The notes below the pieces were generated by a model, which searched no databases, had not been told where the DNA came from, and saw only the letters and a program-made list of their open reading frames with translations. This document shows, piece by piece, positions 49,916 through 63,554 of a DNA stretch of 64,000 nt. Where the stretch lies: assembly GCF_022846255.1 (NCBI RefSeq), contig NZ_AP025682.1; one strand, written 5' to 3'. The stretch is from Escherichia coli (lineage in GTDB: Bacteria > Pseudomonadota > Gammaproteobacteria > Enterobacterales > Enterobacteriaceae). The position numbers and the translations under genes were made by a program. How positions within the stretch are numbered: the first letter of the stretch is position 1; every line of letters starts with the position of its first letter.

Positions 49916-51586
49916 ATGTCAGTAAGCGCATTTAACCGACGCTGGGCGGCGGTCATTCTGGAAGCATTAACGCGTCACGGCGTAAGACACATCTGTATCG
50001 CCCCTGGCTCGCGTTCTACACCGTTAACGTTAGCGGCGGCGGAGAATTCCGCATTCATTCACCACACCCATTTCGATGAGCGCGGACTGGGGCACCTGGC
50101 GCTGGGGCTGGCGAAAGTCAGCAAGCAGCCGGTGGCGGTGATTGTGACCTCCGGCACGGCGGTAGCAAATCTCTATCCGGCACTGATAGAGGCCGGGTTA
50201 ACCGGAGAAAAACTGATCCTGTTAACCGCCGATCGCCCGCCGGAGCTAATTGACTGCGGCGCGAATCAGGCGATTCGTCAGCCGGGAATGTTCGCCTCTC
50301 ACCCCACGCACAGTATTTCACTGCCGCGCCCGACCCAGGATATCCCCGCACGTTGGCTGGTTTCTACCATCGACCACGCTCTCGGTACGCTTCATGCGGG
50401 CGGAGTCCATATCAACTGTCCGTTTGCCGAACCGCTGTATGGCGAAATGGACGACACCGGGCTTATGTGGCAACAGCGGCTGGGCGACTGGTGGCAGGAC
50501 GACAAACCGTGGCTGCGTGAAGCGCCTCGTCTGGAAAGTGAAAAACAGCGCGACTGGTTCTTCTGGCGACAAAAGCGCGGCGTGGTGGTTGCCGGGCGCA
50601 TGAGTGCGGAAGAGGGCAAAAAAGTCGCACTGTGGGCGCAAACTCTTGGCTGGCCGCTGATTGGCGATGTGCTGTCGCAAACCGGACAGCCGCTGCCGTG
50701 TGCCGATCTCTGGTTAGGCAATGCCAAAGCGACCAGCGAACTGCAACAGGCACAAATTGTGGTGCAACTGGGAAGCAGCCTGACGGGCAAACGGCTCCTC
50801 CAATGGCAGGCAAGCTGTGAACCCGAAGAGTACTGGATTGTTGATGACATTGAAGGGCGACTTGATCCGGCACACCATCGCGGACGTCGCTTAATTGCCA
50901 ATATTGCCGACTGGCTGGAGCAGCATCCGGCAGAAAAACGCCAGCCCTGGTGCGTTGAAATTCCGCGCCTGGCGGAACAGGCAATGCAGGCGGTTATTGC
51001 CCGTCGCGATGCGTTTGGCGAAGCGCAACTGGCGCATCGCATCAGCGACTATCTGCCTGAACAGGGTCAATTGTTTGTTGGTAACAGCCTGGTGGTACGT
51101 CTGATTGATGCGCTTTCGCAACTTCCGGCAGGTTACCCGGTGTACAGCAACCGTGGTGCCAGCGGTATCGACGGGCTGCTCTCGACCGCCGCTGGCGTAC
51201 AGCGGGCAAGCGGCAAACCGACGCTGGCGATAGTGGGCGATCTCTCCGCACTTTACGATCTCAACGCGCTGGCGTTATTACGTCAGGTTTCCGCGCCGCT
51301 AGTATTAATTGTGGTGAACAACAACGGCGGGCAAATTTTCTCGCTGTTGCCAACGCCGAAAAACGAGCGCGAGCGTTTCTATCTGATGCCGCAAAACGTC
51401 CATTTTGAGCACGCCGCCGCGATGTTCGAGCTGAAATATCATCTTCCGCAAAACTGGCAGGAACTTGAAACGGCACTTGCCGACGCCTGGCGCACGCCAA
51501 CCACCACGGTGATTGAAATGGTGGTTAACGACACCGATGGTGCGCAAACGCTCCAGCAACTTCTGGCGCAGGTAAGCCATTTATGA
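49916..51586 (+). CDS. menD: SEPHCHC synthase (ThDP-dependent)
   Basis: ORF 49565..51586 has 117-codon upstream read-through; start set at ATG giving [13 protein letters not shown]..., 556 aa. Confidence 0.95.
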   Translation: MSVSAFNRRWAAVILEALTRHGVRHICIAPGSRSTPLTLAAAENSAFIHHTHFDERGLGHLALGLAKVSKQPVAVIVTSGTAVANLYPALIEAGLTGEKLILLTADRPPELIDCGANQAIRQPGMFASHPTHSISLPRPTQDIPARWLVSTIDHALGTLHAGGVHINCPFAEPLYGEMDDTGLMWQQRLGDWWQDDKPWLREAPRLESEKQRDWFFWRQKRGVVVAGRMSAEEGKKVALWAQTLGWPLIGDVLSQTGQPLPCADLWLGNAKATSELQQAQIVVQLGSSLTGKRLLQWQASCEPEEYWIVDDIEGRLDPAHHRGRRLIANIADWLEQHPAEKRQPWCVEIPRLAEQAMQAVIARRDAFGEAQLAHRISDYLPEQGQLFVGNSLVVRLIDALSQLPAGYPVYSNRGASGIDGLLSTAAGVQRASGKPTLAIVGDLSALYDLNALALLRQVSAPLVLIVVNNNGGQIFSLLPTPKNERERFYLMPQNVHFEHAAAMFELKYHLPQNWQELETALADAWRTPTTTVIEMVVNDTDGAQTLQQLLAQVSHL

Positions 51587-52341
51587 TCCTGCACGCGCAG
51601 GCAAAACACGGTAAACCAGGTTTACCCTGGCTGGTGTTTTTGCACGGTTTTTCCGGCGATTGCCATGAATGGCAAGAAGTGGGTGAGGCGTTTGCCGACT
51701 ACTCACGGTTGTATGTTGATCTCCCAGGTCACGGTGGTTCGGCGGCGATTAGCGTCGATGGATTTGATGATGTCACCGACTTACTGCGTAAAACCTTAGT
51801 TAGTTACAACATCCTTAACTTCTGGCTGGTGGGGTACTCGCTTGGCGGACGGGTGGCGATGATGGCCGCTTGCCAGGGGCTGGCGGGGCTTTGTGGGGGT
51901 GTTGTCGAAGGCGGGCATCCGGGGCTGCAAAATGCTGAACAACGTGCGGAACGTCAGCGTTCCGATCGCCAATGGGCGCAGCGTTTTCGCTCAGAACCGT
52001 TAACAGCGGTGTTTACCGACTGGTATCAACAGCCTGTTTTTGCCTCGCTCAATGACGATCAACGCCGGGAGCTGGTGGCGCTGCGCAGCAACAATAATGG
52101 CGCAACCCTTGCCGCCATGCTGGAGGCGACTTCTCTCGCCGTCCAGCCCGATTTACGTGCTAACCTTAGCGCCCGCACATTTGCGTTTTATTATTTATGT
52201 GGTGAACGTGACAGCAAATTCCGCGCCCTGGCGGCGGAACTGGCTGCCGACTGCCATGTCATTCCTCGCGCCGGACATAACGCGCATCGGGAAAATCCCG
52301 CTGGCGTAATCGCAAGTCTGGCGCAGATCTTGCGTTTCTGA
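51583..52341 (+). CDS. menH: SHCHC synthase (alpha/beta hydrolase)
   Basis: 252 aa; GYSLGG nucleophile elbow; 4-nt overlap with menD. Confidence 0.95.
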
Positions 52342-52355
52342 CTAAAGGACACAAT

Positions 52356-53213
52356 ATGATTTATCCTGATGAAGCAATGCTTTACGCACCGGTTGAATGG
52401 CACGACTGTTCCGAAGGTTTCGAGGACATTCGTTATGAAAAATCCACCGACGGTATCGCAAAAATCACCATTAATCGTCCGCAGGTGCGCAATGCCTTCC
52501 GTCCTCTGACGGTAAAAGAGATGATCCAGGCGCTGGCAGATGCGCGTTATGACGACAACATCGGCGTGATCATTCTGACTGGTGCAGGCGATAAAGCGTT
52601 CTGCTCCGGTGGTGACCAGAAAGTACGTGGTGATTACGGCGGCTATAAAGATGATTCCGGCGTACATCACCTGAACGTGCTGGACTTCCAGCGTCAGATC
52701 CGTACCTGTCCGAAACCGGTTGTCGCGATGGTGGCTGGCTACTCCATCGGCGGCGGTCACGTTCTGCACATGATGTGCGACCTGACTATCGCGGCAGATA
52801 ATGCCATCTTCGGTCAGACTGGCCCGAAAGTCGGTTCCTTCGACGGCGGCTGGGGCGCTTCCTACATGGCTCGCATCGTCGGACAGAAAAAAGCGCGTGA
52901 AATCTGGTTCCTGTGCCGTCAGTACGACGCGAAACAGGCGCTGGATATGGGCCTTGTAAACACTGTGGTGCCGCTGGCGGATCTGGAAAAAGAAACCGTG
53001 CGCTGGTGCCGCGAAATGCTGCAAAACAGCCCGATGGCGCTGCGCTGCCTGAAAGCTGCGCTGAACGCCGACTGTGACGGGCAGGCGGGGCTGCAGGAGC
53101 TGGCGGGCAACGCCACCATGCTGTTCTACATGACGGAAGAAGGTCAGGAAGGTCGCAACGCTTTCAACCAGAAACGTCAGCCTGATTTCAGCAAATTTAA
53201 ACGGAATCCGTAA
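52356..53213 (+). CDS. menB: 1,4-dihydroxy-2-naphthoyl-CoA synthase
   Basis: 285-aa crotonase-fold ORF. Confidence 0.97.
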
Positions 53214-54175
53214 TGCGTAGCGCGCAGGTATACCGCTGGCAGATCCCCATGGACGCGGGGGTGGTTCTGCGCGACAGGCGGTTAAAAACCCGCGACGGGC
53301 TGTATGTTTGCCTGCGTGAAGGCGAGCGCGAAGGGTGGGGGGAGATCTCCCCACTGCCGGGCTTCAGTCAGGAAACCTGGGAAGAGGCGCAAAGTGTGCT
53401 GCTTGCCTGGGTAAATAACTGGCTGGCAGGCGATTGCGAATTACCGCAGCTGCCTTCCGTCGCCTTTGGCGTAAGCTGTGCATTGGCGGAGCTGGCAGAT
53501 ACGCTCCCGCAGGCGGCCAATTACCGTGCGGCACCACTATGTAACGGCGATCCTGACGATCTGATCCTCAAACTTGCTGATATGCCAGGCGAGAAAGTAG
53601 CGAAGGTCAAAGTGGGATTGTACGAAGCCGTGCGCGACGGCATGGTGGTTAATCTGTTGCTGGAGGTAATTCCGGATCTGCATTTGCGTCTTGACGCGAA
53701 TCGCGCCTGGACACCGCTGAAAGGCCAGCAGTTTGCCAAATATGTTAACCCGGATTATCGCCACCGCATCGCGTTTCTCGAAGAGCCGTGCAAAACCCGC
53801 GATGATTCGCGAGCGTTTGCCCGTGAAACCGGCATTGCCATTGCCTGGGATGAAAGCCTGCGCGAGCCGGATTTTGCCTTTGTGGCTGAAGATGGCGTGC
53901 GCGCGGTAGTTATCAAACCCACGCTCACGGGCAGTCTGGAAAAAGTACGCGAGCAGGTACAGGCGGCGCACGCGCTGGGGCTGACGGCGGTGATCAGTTC
54001 TTCCATTGAATCGAGCTTAGGCTTAACGCAACTGGCGCGGATTGCCGCCTGGTTAACGCCGGACACCATTCCAGGGCTGGACACGCTGGATCTGATGCAG
54101 GCGCAGCAGGTACGTCGCTGGCCGGGTAGCACGCTGCCTGTCGTGGAAGTTGATGCACTGGAGCGGTTGTTATGA
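53213..54175 (+). CDS. menC: o-succinylbenzoate synthase
   Basis: 320-aa enolase-superfamily ORF; 1-nt overlap with menB. Confidence 0.96.
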   Translation: MRSAQVYRWQIPMDAGVVLRDRRLKTRDGLYVCLREGEREGWGEISPLPGFSQETWEEAQSVLLAWVNNWLAGDCELPQLPSVAFGVSCALAELADTLPQAANYRAAPLCNGDPDDLILKLADMPGEKVAKVKVGLYEAVRDGMVVNLLLEVIPDLHLRLDANRAWTPLKGQQFAKYVNPDYRHRIAFLEEPCKTRDDSRAFARETGIAIAWDESLREPDFAFVAEDGVRAVVIKPTLTGSLEKVREQVQAAHALGLTAVISSSIESSLGLTQLARIAAWLTPDTIPGLDTLDLMQAQQVRRWPGSTLPVVEVDALERLL

Positions 54176-55527
54176 TCTTCTCTGACTGGCCGTGGCGTCA
54201 CTGGCGGCAAGTGCGGGGAGAAGCTATCGCCTTACGTCTTAATGACGAGCAACTCAACTGGCGCGAGCTTTGTGCTCGCGTCGATGAATTAGCCTCCGGA
54301 TTTGCGGTGCAGGGCGTAGTTGAGGGCAGCGGCGTGATGTTGCGGGCGTGGAATACGCCGCAAACGCTGCTCGCCTGGCTGGCGTTACTGCAATGCGGGG
54401 CGCGGGTGTTGCCCGTGAACCCTCAGCTGCCGCAACCGTTGCTTGAAGAATTGCTGCCCAATCTGACGCTGCAATTTGCGCTGGTGCCGGATGGGGAAAA
54501 CACGTTTCCGGCATTAACGTCGCTGCACATTCAGCGGGTTGAAGGCGCACATGCCGCTACGTGGCAGCCGACGCGTCTGTGCTCAATGACGTTGACCTCG
54601 GGTTCTACCGGGCTGCCGAAAGCCGCTGTCCATACTTATCAGGCCCATCTTGCCAGTGCCGAAGGGGTGTTATCGTTGATTCCGTTTGGCGATCACGATG
54701 ACTGGTTGCTCTCTTTACCGCTGTTTCACGTCTCCGGTCAGGGAATTATGTGGCGCTGGTTATACGCTGGTGCGCGGATGACGGTGCGTGATAAACAGCC
54801 ATTGGAGCAAATGCTGGCAGGCTGTACTCACGCTTCACTGGTGCCAACACAACTCTGGCGTTTGCTGGTTAACCGCAGTTCCGTTTCCCTGAAAGCGGTG
54901 TTACTTGGCGGCGCGGCTATCCCGGTCGAGTTGACGGAACAGGCGCGCGAGCAGGGGATTCGTTGCTTTTGCGGCTATGGTCTGACCGAGTTTGCCTCCA
55001 CGGTGTGTGCGAAAGAAGCCGACGGTCTGGCAGACGTTGGTTCGCCGCTGCCGGGTCGGGAAGTGAAAATCGTTAATGATGAAGTGTGGCTGCGGGCTGC
55101 CAGTATGGCAGAAGGTTACTGGCGTAACGGGCAACTGGTTTCACTGGTTAATGACGAAGGCTGGTACGCTACGCGCGATCGCGGTGAGATGCATAATGGC
55201 AAGCTGACCATTGTCGGACGTTTAGACAATCTATTCTTCAGTGGCGGAGAGGGTATTCAGCCGGAAGAAGTCGAGCGCGTAATTGCTGCACATCCTGCGG
55301 TTTTGCAGGTGTTTATCGTCCCCGTTGCCGACAAGGAGTTTGGTCATCGACCGGTGGCGGTGGTGGAGTATGACCAGCAAACCGTTGATCTTGACGAATG
55401 GGTGAAAGACAAGCTGGCTCGTTTTCAACAACCGGTGCGCTGGCTGAATCTGCCGCCGGAGCTGAAAAACGGCGGTATTAAAATTTCACGTCAGGCGCTA
55501 AAAGAGTGGGTGCAACGCCAGCAATAA
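54172..55527 (+). CDS. menE: o-succinylbenzoate-CoA ligase
   Basis: 451-aa adenylate-forming enzyme (..TSGSTGLPK..). Confidence 0.96.
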   Translation: MIFSDWPWRHWRQVRGEAIALRLNDEQLNWRELCARVDELASGFAVQGVVEGSGVMLRAWNTPQTLLAWLALLQCGARVLPVNPQLPQPLLEELLPNLTLQFALVPDGENTFPALTSLHIQRVEGAHAATWQPTRLCSMTLTSGSTGLPKAAVHTYQAHLASAEGVLSLIPFGDHDDWLLSLPLFHVSGQGIMWRWLYAGARMTVRDKQPLEQMLAGCTHASLVPTQLWRLLVNRSSVSLKAVLLGGAAIPVELTEQAREQGIRCFCGYGLTEFASTVCAKEADGLADVGSPLPGREVKIVNDEVWLRAASMAEGYWRNGQLVSLVNDEGWYATRDRGEMHNGKLTIVGRLDNLFFSGGEGIQPEEVERVIAAHPAVLQVFIVPVADKEFGHRPVAVVEYDQQTVDLDEWVKDKLARFQQPVRWLNLPPELKNGGIKISRQALKEWVQRQQ

Positions 55528-55636
55528 TTAACCCTCCGTTTCACTTCTCATTTCTGCCATTCCATTGCCGTTGATAAAGAGTTTATCTGTTAATCTGTAA
55601 ATTGATGTGAAAACTCTTAGCAAACAGGATAATGCA

Positions 55637-55903
55637 ATGGAATGGCTGGTCAAAAAATCGTGCTGCAATAAACAAGATAACAGACATGTAATTATGCTCT
55701 GCGATGCTGGCGGCGCGATAAAAATGATCGCCGAAGTGAAGAGTGACTTCGCCGTGAAAGTGGGGGATTTACTCTCGCCTTTGCAGAATGCGCTTTACTG
55801 TATTAATCGTGAAAAGCTGCACACGGTGAAAGTCCTTTCTGCAAGCTGTTATAGCCCCGATGAGTGGGAACGGCAGTGTAAAGCGGCAGGGAAAACTCAG
55901 TAA
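55637..55903 (+). CDS. pmrD: Signal transduction protein PmrD
   Basis: ORF 55607..55903; start set at ATG giving [13 protein letters not shown]..., 88 aa. Confidence 0.92.
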
Positions 55904-56283
55904 CGTTGTTTTGTTGTGGGCAGGAAAATCAGCATCAACCCGCTCATAATACAGGCTACTCCCAGTAGTGCTTTCAGCGAAAAAGTCCCTTCCCAGCCGG
56001 GAAGTACCATTGAAGCAATCCATACCAGCACATAACTCATACTGAGCAAGGCATAGGCTTTGCTTAGTGCAAGTTTATGTAGTGTTTTATACCAACAAAA
56101 AACGGAAAGCAGATAACCCAGCAGCCCGAGTAACAGTATCCGGGCATCCAGGCCAAAAGCTAACAACGCCGCGATAAAATCCCATAAGTGCGTCATCGGC
56201 GGCAGATGACTCGCCGCAAAACCCAGGCTTAATTGCGCAGCGGAGGCGATAATGACGCTGAATAATCCCCACATCAGGCCCAT
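55897..56283 (-). CDS. arnF: Undecaprenyl-phosphate-L-Ara4N flippase subunit ArnF
   Basis: ORF 55897..56565; start set at ATG giving [10 protein letters not shown]..., 128 aa. Confidence 0.93.
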
Positions 56284-56618
56284 TACACGGTACTCCCGAG
56301 GATCACAATGCCACCAATAATGAACGCCACCCCACACCAGTGACGCGGCGATACCGGTTCGTGCCACAGTTTTACTGCAGCCAGCGTCACCCAGACAAAA
56401 TTCAGACTTAACATCGGGTAGGCAATGCCTACCGGTACGTTCTGCAAGACCAGCAGCCAGAGCACCATGGCAAGACCAAGACAAGCCAGCGCCAGTCCCA
56501 GCCACAGCACGATATGTTTGCGCCGTTTGTTTATCGCCACAAAGCAGGTTGCCTGTTTCTGACACAACTGCCCGGCAACGCTAAGCAAGCTGGCAAAGAC
56601 TAATGTTAGCCAGATCAT
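56283..56618 (-). CDS. arnE: Undecaprenyl-phosphate-L-Ara4N flippase subunit ArnE
   Basis: 111-aa membrane ORF; overlaps arnF and arnT. Confidence 0.93.
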
Positions 56619-58267
56619 TTGGGACGATACTGAATCAGCACCAGACGCTCCTGACGATCGATGGCATCTGCGGGCGGAATGGCGAGACTGTTGATATCTT
56701 CATTGCGGTCAACCGAAAGCACGAGTGTAATAATCCCCTCCTGACGATGTTGATTAAGCCAGTTTGCGAACTCATCACCGCTGACAAATCTCCCTTTCGC
56801 ATCCGGATAATTAAGGCCGTATTTCAACTCACCTGTCTGGCGATACATGATGATGTCATCGCGTTGCAGGCTCCATGCCAGACCTGCGGCAACACCGACG
56901 CTATCAGTAAGAATATAGCGGCTTGGCTGAAGTGATTCTTGTGTCATCTCGACAAAAAATTGCGGATGTTTTCCTTCCATGACTCTGTCAGGAATTGAAA
57001 ATCCTACCAGCAACGCCAGCCCCAGCGGGCAAAGCGCGGCAAAAGACCAGGTCTTTTCGACGTTTGTTAAGGTGTACCAGCCGAAAAATGCCCATAGCGA
57101 AAAAATCGACCAGGCACAAAAGACTTTATAGCTCTCGAAGGTTTGCCACACCGGCGTGTTCATTGCTCCCCAGGGGGAGACCACAAATGTGGCAATAATG
57201 CCAGTGACGCCAAAAGCGATGTTAATCCAGCCATTAATCCGCAACGCCAGAGGATTATTTTTTGCTGCCAGCAAAGCGTAATGCGCCATCAGCATTGCCA
57301 GAGGAGCAAAGCAAGAAAGAATATAGGTGGGCAATTTGCCTTTGGCGACGGAGAAAAACAACAGCGGCATTATCGTCCAGCTCAACAAATAGACGGTTGC
57401 GGAATGCTTGCGGTTTTTCCAGCCTGCGTACAGTGCTCCGGGGAGTAATCCCAGCCACGGCAGGCTACCGGCAATGATGACCGGCAAGTAGTACCAGAAC
57501 GGAGCTCTATGCTGAGCATCATCCATTGCAAAGCGTTGAATATGCTCAACCCAGAAAAAATAGTGCCAGAAGTCAGGCTCCCGCTGCGCTATCGCCAGTC
57601 CCCAGGGGAGAACCGTCAGTACGCAACTGATGACCGCCAGCCAGCCGTAAATAAAGAGATCTTTCCAGCGTTTTTGCGTTGTAACCCATGGAAGCACGCT
57701 TAATACCGGCACGGCAAGGGCGAGAAAACCTTTGGTCATCACCCCCATGCCGCAGGTGATTCCCAGCAGTAAAAATCCTGCGCTTTTGCCTTTCCACGTC
57801 TGTGCCTGCATTGCCAGCCAGAAGCTGCACATTCCCGCCACCAGCCAGAAGGCAATAAACGGATCGAGCACGGCATAAGTGCCGATGGCATAGACAATGA
57901 ACAATGAGAGGTAAATCACTGCGGCGAGTAATGCCAGACGTTTATCGCGCCATAAGCGCAGAGTAAACCAGGTCACCAGCGCGGCAGTTAACAGGGTCGC
58001 AAAGATAACGCCTGCCCGCACACCAAAGTTATTCGCGCCAAATAGCCATTGCCCAATGCTGTTAATCCAGTATCCGGCAATGGGTTTTTCGAAATAACGT
58101 AGTCCTAACAGATGGGGAACAATCCAGTCGCCGGATGCCAGCATTTCCCGACTGATTTCCGCATAACGCGTTTCATCGGGTTGCCAGAGCAGACGCGTGC
58201 TGATCGGTAACAGGTAATAGCAGGCAATAAATGCGAAGAGGCCGATAAGGTAACGTACCGATTTCAT
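56615..58267 (-). CDS. arnT: Undecaprenyl-phosphate-L-Ara4N:lipid A transferase
   Basis: 550-aa polytopic glycosyltransferase. Confidence 0.96.
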
Positions 58268-59157
58268 CAGTGACTACCCGCAATTTGTTGGCAACCCAGC
58301 CAGCCTTCACGTCCGGCAATATTTCCGCGAACAACTTGTCCGAGCGGCAACGTCCCTGATAACAGTTCGCTTAAAGGGCAAAATGTCACGCCTTCCTGAG
58401 CTGCGCGTTTCAGGAGATCCACAAAATTATGCTGATAAGCGCAGCCTTCAACTTCGGCATGAATGGTATAAACCGGCGTGCCTTTATCTCGCTGGATGCG
58501 GTTGAGTAACCAACCGTTAAAATCTTCTGCTTTCACATCCCGACCAATCACTTCATCCCAGGTGGGTAAGGTCACCGGAATTTGCGCAGTGCCAGGGGTT
58601 CCTGATTCGAGCAATGGACGAAACGGCATCGCCCCACGACAATCGCTGTTGTAGCGCAAATGGAACGCTTCTTTTGCTTCGATCACCTGTTGGTCAGCAC
58701 GCCAGCCAGCAGCGGCAGAACAGGTTACCGGTTGACCGATAATCTCTTCCAGGGTGCGAAGGCCGCGTGCAATATCGTCGATCATTGTTTGCCGATCCCA
58801 ATTACCGCTATGGGCTTGCCAGGCATGGTGATCCCAGGCGTGCAGGCCGACTTCGTGATGTTTAGCCGCTTCACGAATGATATCGGCATTGGCATGACCA
58901 ATCTCTTTACCTGGCCAGGCCGTACCTGCCAGTAAAATATCCCAGCCATAAAGCGATGCCGCGTTTGAGCGCAGCATCTTCCACAAAAACTGTGGCTTCA
59001 CCAGTCGCCAGAGATGGCGGCCCATATTGTCCGGGCCGACGCTGAAAAAAATGCTGGCCTGAATATTATGCTTACTCAAGATTTCCAGCAGACGCGGCAC
59101 GCCTTCACGGGTGCCACGAAAGGTATCGACATCAATGCGTAAGCCGACTTTGGTCAT
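58267..59157 (-). CDS. arnD: 4-deoxy-4-formamido-L-arabinose-phosphoundecaprenol deformylase
   Basis: 296-aa ORF recognised as ArnD. Confidence 0.96.
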
Positions 59158-61135
59158 GATGGTTTATCCGTAAGATCAACGGTGCGCAGGAAGAAATCCA
59201 GCGTTTCGTCGATGGTTTCCTGCATATCAATTTTCGGTTCCCAGTCCAGGCAGCGGCGGGCATTGCGGATGCTCGGTTTACGATGCTCTACGTCCTGATA
59301 TCCTTTGCCGTAGTAGCTGCTACTTTCGACAACACGAAAGCCCGCAAACGGTGGGAAGTAATGGCGCAGCGGATGTTTTTCGAAGCTCGCCAGCAGCATC
59401 TCCCCCAGTTCTTCAATGCTCGCTTCGTTCTCAGGATTGCCAATGTTGATAATTTCGCCATCGCAGCGATTTCCCGCATTTTCGATAATGCGGTACAACG
59501 CCTCGATACCATCCCGGATATCAGTAAAGCAGCGTTTTTGTTTTCCGCCATCAATCAGCTTAATCGGTGAACCTTCTACCAGATTGAGAATGAGTTGCGT
59601 AATAGCGCGGGAGCTGCCAATTCGCGCTGCATTAAGGTTATCCAGTCGTGGCCCCATCCAGTTAAACGGGCGGAAGAGGGTGAACTGTAAACCTTCTTTT
59701 TCGCCATAGGCCCAGATCACCCGATCAAGTAATTGTTTAGACACCGAATAAATCCAGCGTGGTTTATTCACCGGGCCGACGATTAAATTAGAATGATCCT
59801 CATCGAAGTATTTATCGCTACACATCCCATAAACTTCTGAAGTCGACGGGAAGATGATTCGCTTACGGTACTTCACGCAGTAGCGGATAATGCGCAGATT
59901 CTCTTCGAAATCGAGTTCAAATACGCGCAGCGGGTTGCGGGTATATTCAATCGGCGTGGCTATCGCCACCAGCGGCAACACGACATCACATTTTTTGACG
60001 TGATACTCAATCCATTCGGAATGAATACTGATATCGCCTTCGACAAAGTGAAAATGCGGATGATTCAGAAAACGGCTTATCGCATCGCTGCCGATATCCA
60101 GACCGTAAACTTCATAATGATCTTCGCGCAGCAGGCGTTCTGTCAGATGGTTGCCAATAAAGCCATTCACCCCGAGGATGAGTACCCGCGTACGGCGTCG
60201 GGCGGTGCAGGCAGGCTGGCTATTCAAGCGTGAACCTTGCACCAGGCCCAGCGTCTGCGCCAATTGCGAGCCCTGCATAGTAATGCCGTCGCCCGCCTGT
60301 CCGGTGACGATTTCCAGCGCGCCATCGCCACAGGCAATCAGCAGCGGCGCAACAGAAATCACGCTCCCCGGCTGTGCTTTGCTGGCATGAGGATGAACAC
60401 GCGACGACCAGACGGTAAATTTCTGATTACCAACATAGCTGAAGGCACCCGGCCACGGATCGGCAACGGCACGCACCATGTTGTGCAGCATAGATGCCGG
60501 TTTATGCCATTCGAGGAAACTGTCATCCGGCGTTCTGCGACCAAAACAGGTGGCTTCGTTTTCGCGCTGGGCGATTTCCAGAATATTACCGTGTTTAATG
60601 GCGGGTAATGTCTGTTCCAGTAGCTGGCGCGCGGCATGACATAACTTATGATGCAGCGTAATGGCGATATCGTCTGGCGCAATGGCAATGCGCAGTTGCG
60701 CCACAATGGCCCCGGCATCGGCACGTTTCACCATTCGGTGCAATGTAACGCCAGTTTCCGTTTCACCGTTCACCAGCACCCAGTTCAGCGGCGCGCGACC
60801 ACGATATTTGGGTAACAGCGAACCATGCAGATTAAATGCACCTGCGGGAGCGAGCTGCAAAATTTCGTCGCAAATAAGATGGCGATAATAAAAAGAAAAA
60901 ATCACATCAGGTGATAGTTGGGCAATGCGTTCCACCCACAGCGGATGATTAACGTTATCTGGCGCATAAACCGGAATGCCTCTTTCCGCCGCCAGACGAG
61001 CTACCGAACCATAAAAGGCTTTTTCACCGGGATTATCAGTATGAGTAAAAATAGCGCTAATTTCGTAACCGGCATCCAGCAGGGCTTCAATACCGAGGCA
61101 TCCCATATCGTGGTAGGCAAAAACGACGGTTTTCA

Positions 61136-61136
<1 letters not shown>
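59154..61136 (-). CDS. arnA: Bifunctional UDP-GlcA decarboxylase / UDP-Ara4N formyltransferase
   Basis: 660 aa; N-terminal formyltransferase, C-terminal SDR decarboxylase. Confidence 0.97.
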
Positions 61137-62107
<971 letters not shown>

Positions 62108-63247
62108 TTATTGTCCTGCGAGTTGCTGAAGGGCTGTGATGACGCGGTCGGCATCGGCGGTAGTCATATCCGGGAACAGCGGCAACGAACAGATGCGTTC
62201 GCTATTCCATTCGGTATTCGGTAACGACAGCGTGGGAAAACGCTCGCGATAATATTTTTGTGTGTGAGCGGCGCGGAAATGTAACCCGGTACCAATACCT
62301 CTTTCTTTTAACGCTTCCATCAACGCATCGCGACTGATACCACAACGTTGTTCATCGACACGAATAATAAACAGATGCCAGGCGTGAACGTGCGGCCAGG
62401 CGGGAAGGCTTAATGGCTGAAAAGGGAGAGCTGCCAGTGCTTGTTGATATTGCAGAGCAATTTCGCGCCGACGGGTGTTGAGGTGCTCTAATTTGGCTAA
62501 CTGGGTCAGGGCAATCGCGGCGTTAATATCGGTCAGATTATACTTATAGCCCGGCGTTAAGACTTCAGCTTGCGGTGCACGGCCCCAGGTTTGTCTGTCA
62601 TAGGCATCGACACCCAGACCGTGAAATTTTAGCATCCGTAGCTGGCGGGCAAGGTTTTCATTATCTGTAACAATCAGGCCACCTTCCGCACAGGTAATAT
62701 TTTTGATGGCGTGAAACGAAAAAATAGCGGTACCTTTTGCACCAATATGTCGCCCTTTGTAATACGTACCGACGGCATGGGCAGCATCTTCGATAACTGC
62801 GATGCCGTAACGTTCGCCAATGGCGCGAATGGCGTCAATATCTGCTGGCGCACCGGCATAATGCACCGGAATGATGGCTTTAGTGCGTGGCGTAATGGCT
62901 GCTTCGATCGTTTCAGGAGTGACCATCAGCGTATCGCGGTCGACATCCACCATTACCGGCGTTGCACCCAACAAGGAGATCATATTGAGGGTTGAAACCC
63001 AGGTCAGGGAAGGCGTAATCACTTCATCGCCCTTGCCAATTTCCAACGCCATTAGCGTGATATGCATTCCGGCGGTGGCTGAACTGACCGCGATGGCATG
63101 CTGATTTCCCGTCAACTGGCAAAAGGCTTGTTCAAGCGCGTGATTCTTCGGACCGGTTGTGATCCAACCGGATTCGAGAACCTCTTTAACTGCAGCGAGT
63201 TCCTCCACGCCCATTGCTGGTCGCGAAAAAGGCAAAAATTCTGACAT
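62108..63247 (-). CDS. arnB: UDP-4-amino-4-deoxy-L-arabinose-oxoglutarate aminotransferase
   Basis: ORF 62108..63280; start set at ATG giving [10 protein letters not shown]... (379 aa) with SD GGAAGGA upstream; 63280 possible. Confidence 0.95.
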   Translation of the reverse strand: MSEFLPFSRPAMGVEELAAVKEVLESGWITTGPKNHALEQAFCQLTGNQHAIAVSSATAGMHITLMALEIGKGDEVITPSLTWVSTLNMISLLGATPVMVDVDRDTLMVTPETIEAAITPRTKAIIPVHYAGAPADIDAIRAIGERYGIAVIEDAAHAVGTYYKGRHIGAKGTAIFSFHAIKNITCAEGGLIVTDNENLARQLRMLKFHGLGVDAYDRQTWGRAPQAEVLTPGYKYNLTDINAAIALTQLAKLEHLNTRRREIALQYQQALAALPFQPLSLPAWPHVHAWHLFIIRVDEQRCGISRDALMEALKERGIGTGLHFRAAHTQKYYRERFPTLSLPNTEWNSERICSLPLFPDMTTADADRVITALQQLAGQ

Positions 63248-63346
63248 TGCTTTTCCTTCCGCCATTGAATACCTGTCCACTTATATTTGCTATAAAGAGT
63301 GTTGTGTATATTTTGCCATTTGGAGCAAAATTTTAAGGATAGAATA

Positions 63347-63363
63347 TTAACTTAACCTTAAGA
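63347..63363 (-). promoter_or_regulatory. Candidate PmrA(BasR) box in arnB promoter
   Basis: Minus strand CTTAAG-GTTAA-GTTAAT (two YTTAAK half-sites, 5-bp spacer) about 100 bp upstream of arnB ATG. Confidence 0.55.
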
Positions 63364-63554
63364 AACTAATATTAGACGTAAATATTGAAATTTTTATATT
63401 TTTTCTTATTTAGGCTTTGCATTTGGCAAAATTTTGAGGCATTTTGCCGGCATCGCAGGATTTTTAATATTACACCAACTGCTAATTATCGCCAGAAATG
63501 TCGCTCAATTTCACGGTAATTGTCTGGTTGCGCTTGTCTATAGGTGGAGTTTAC

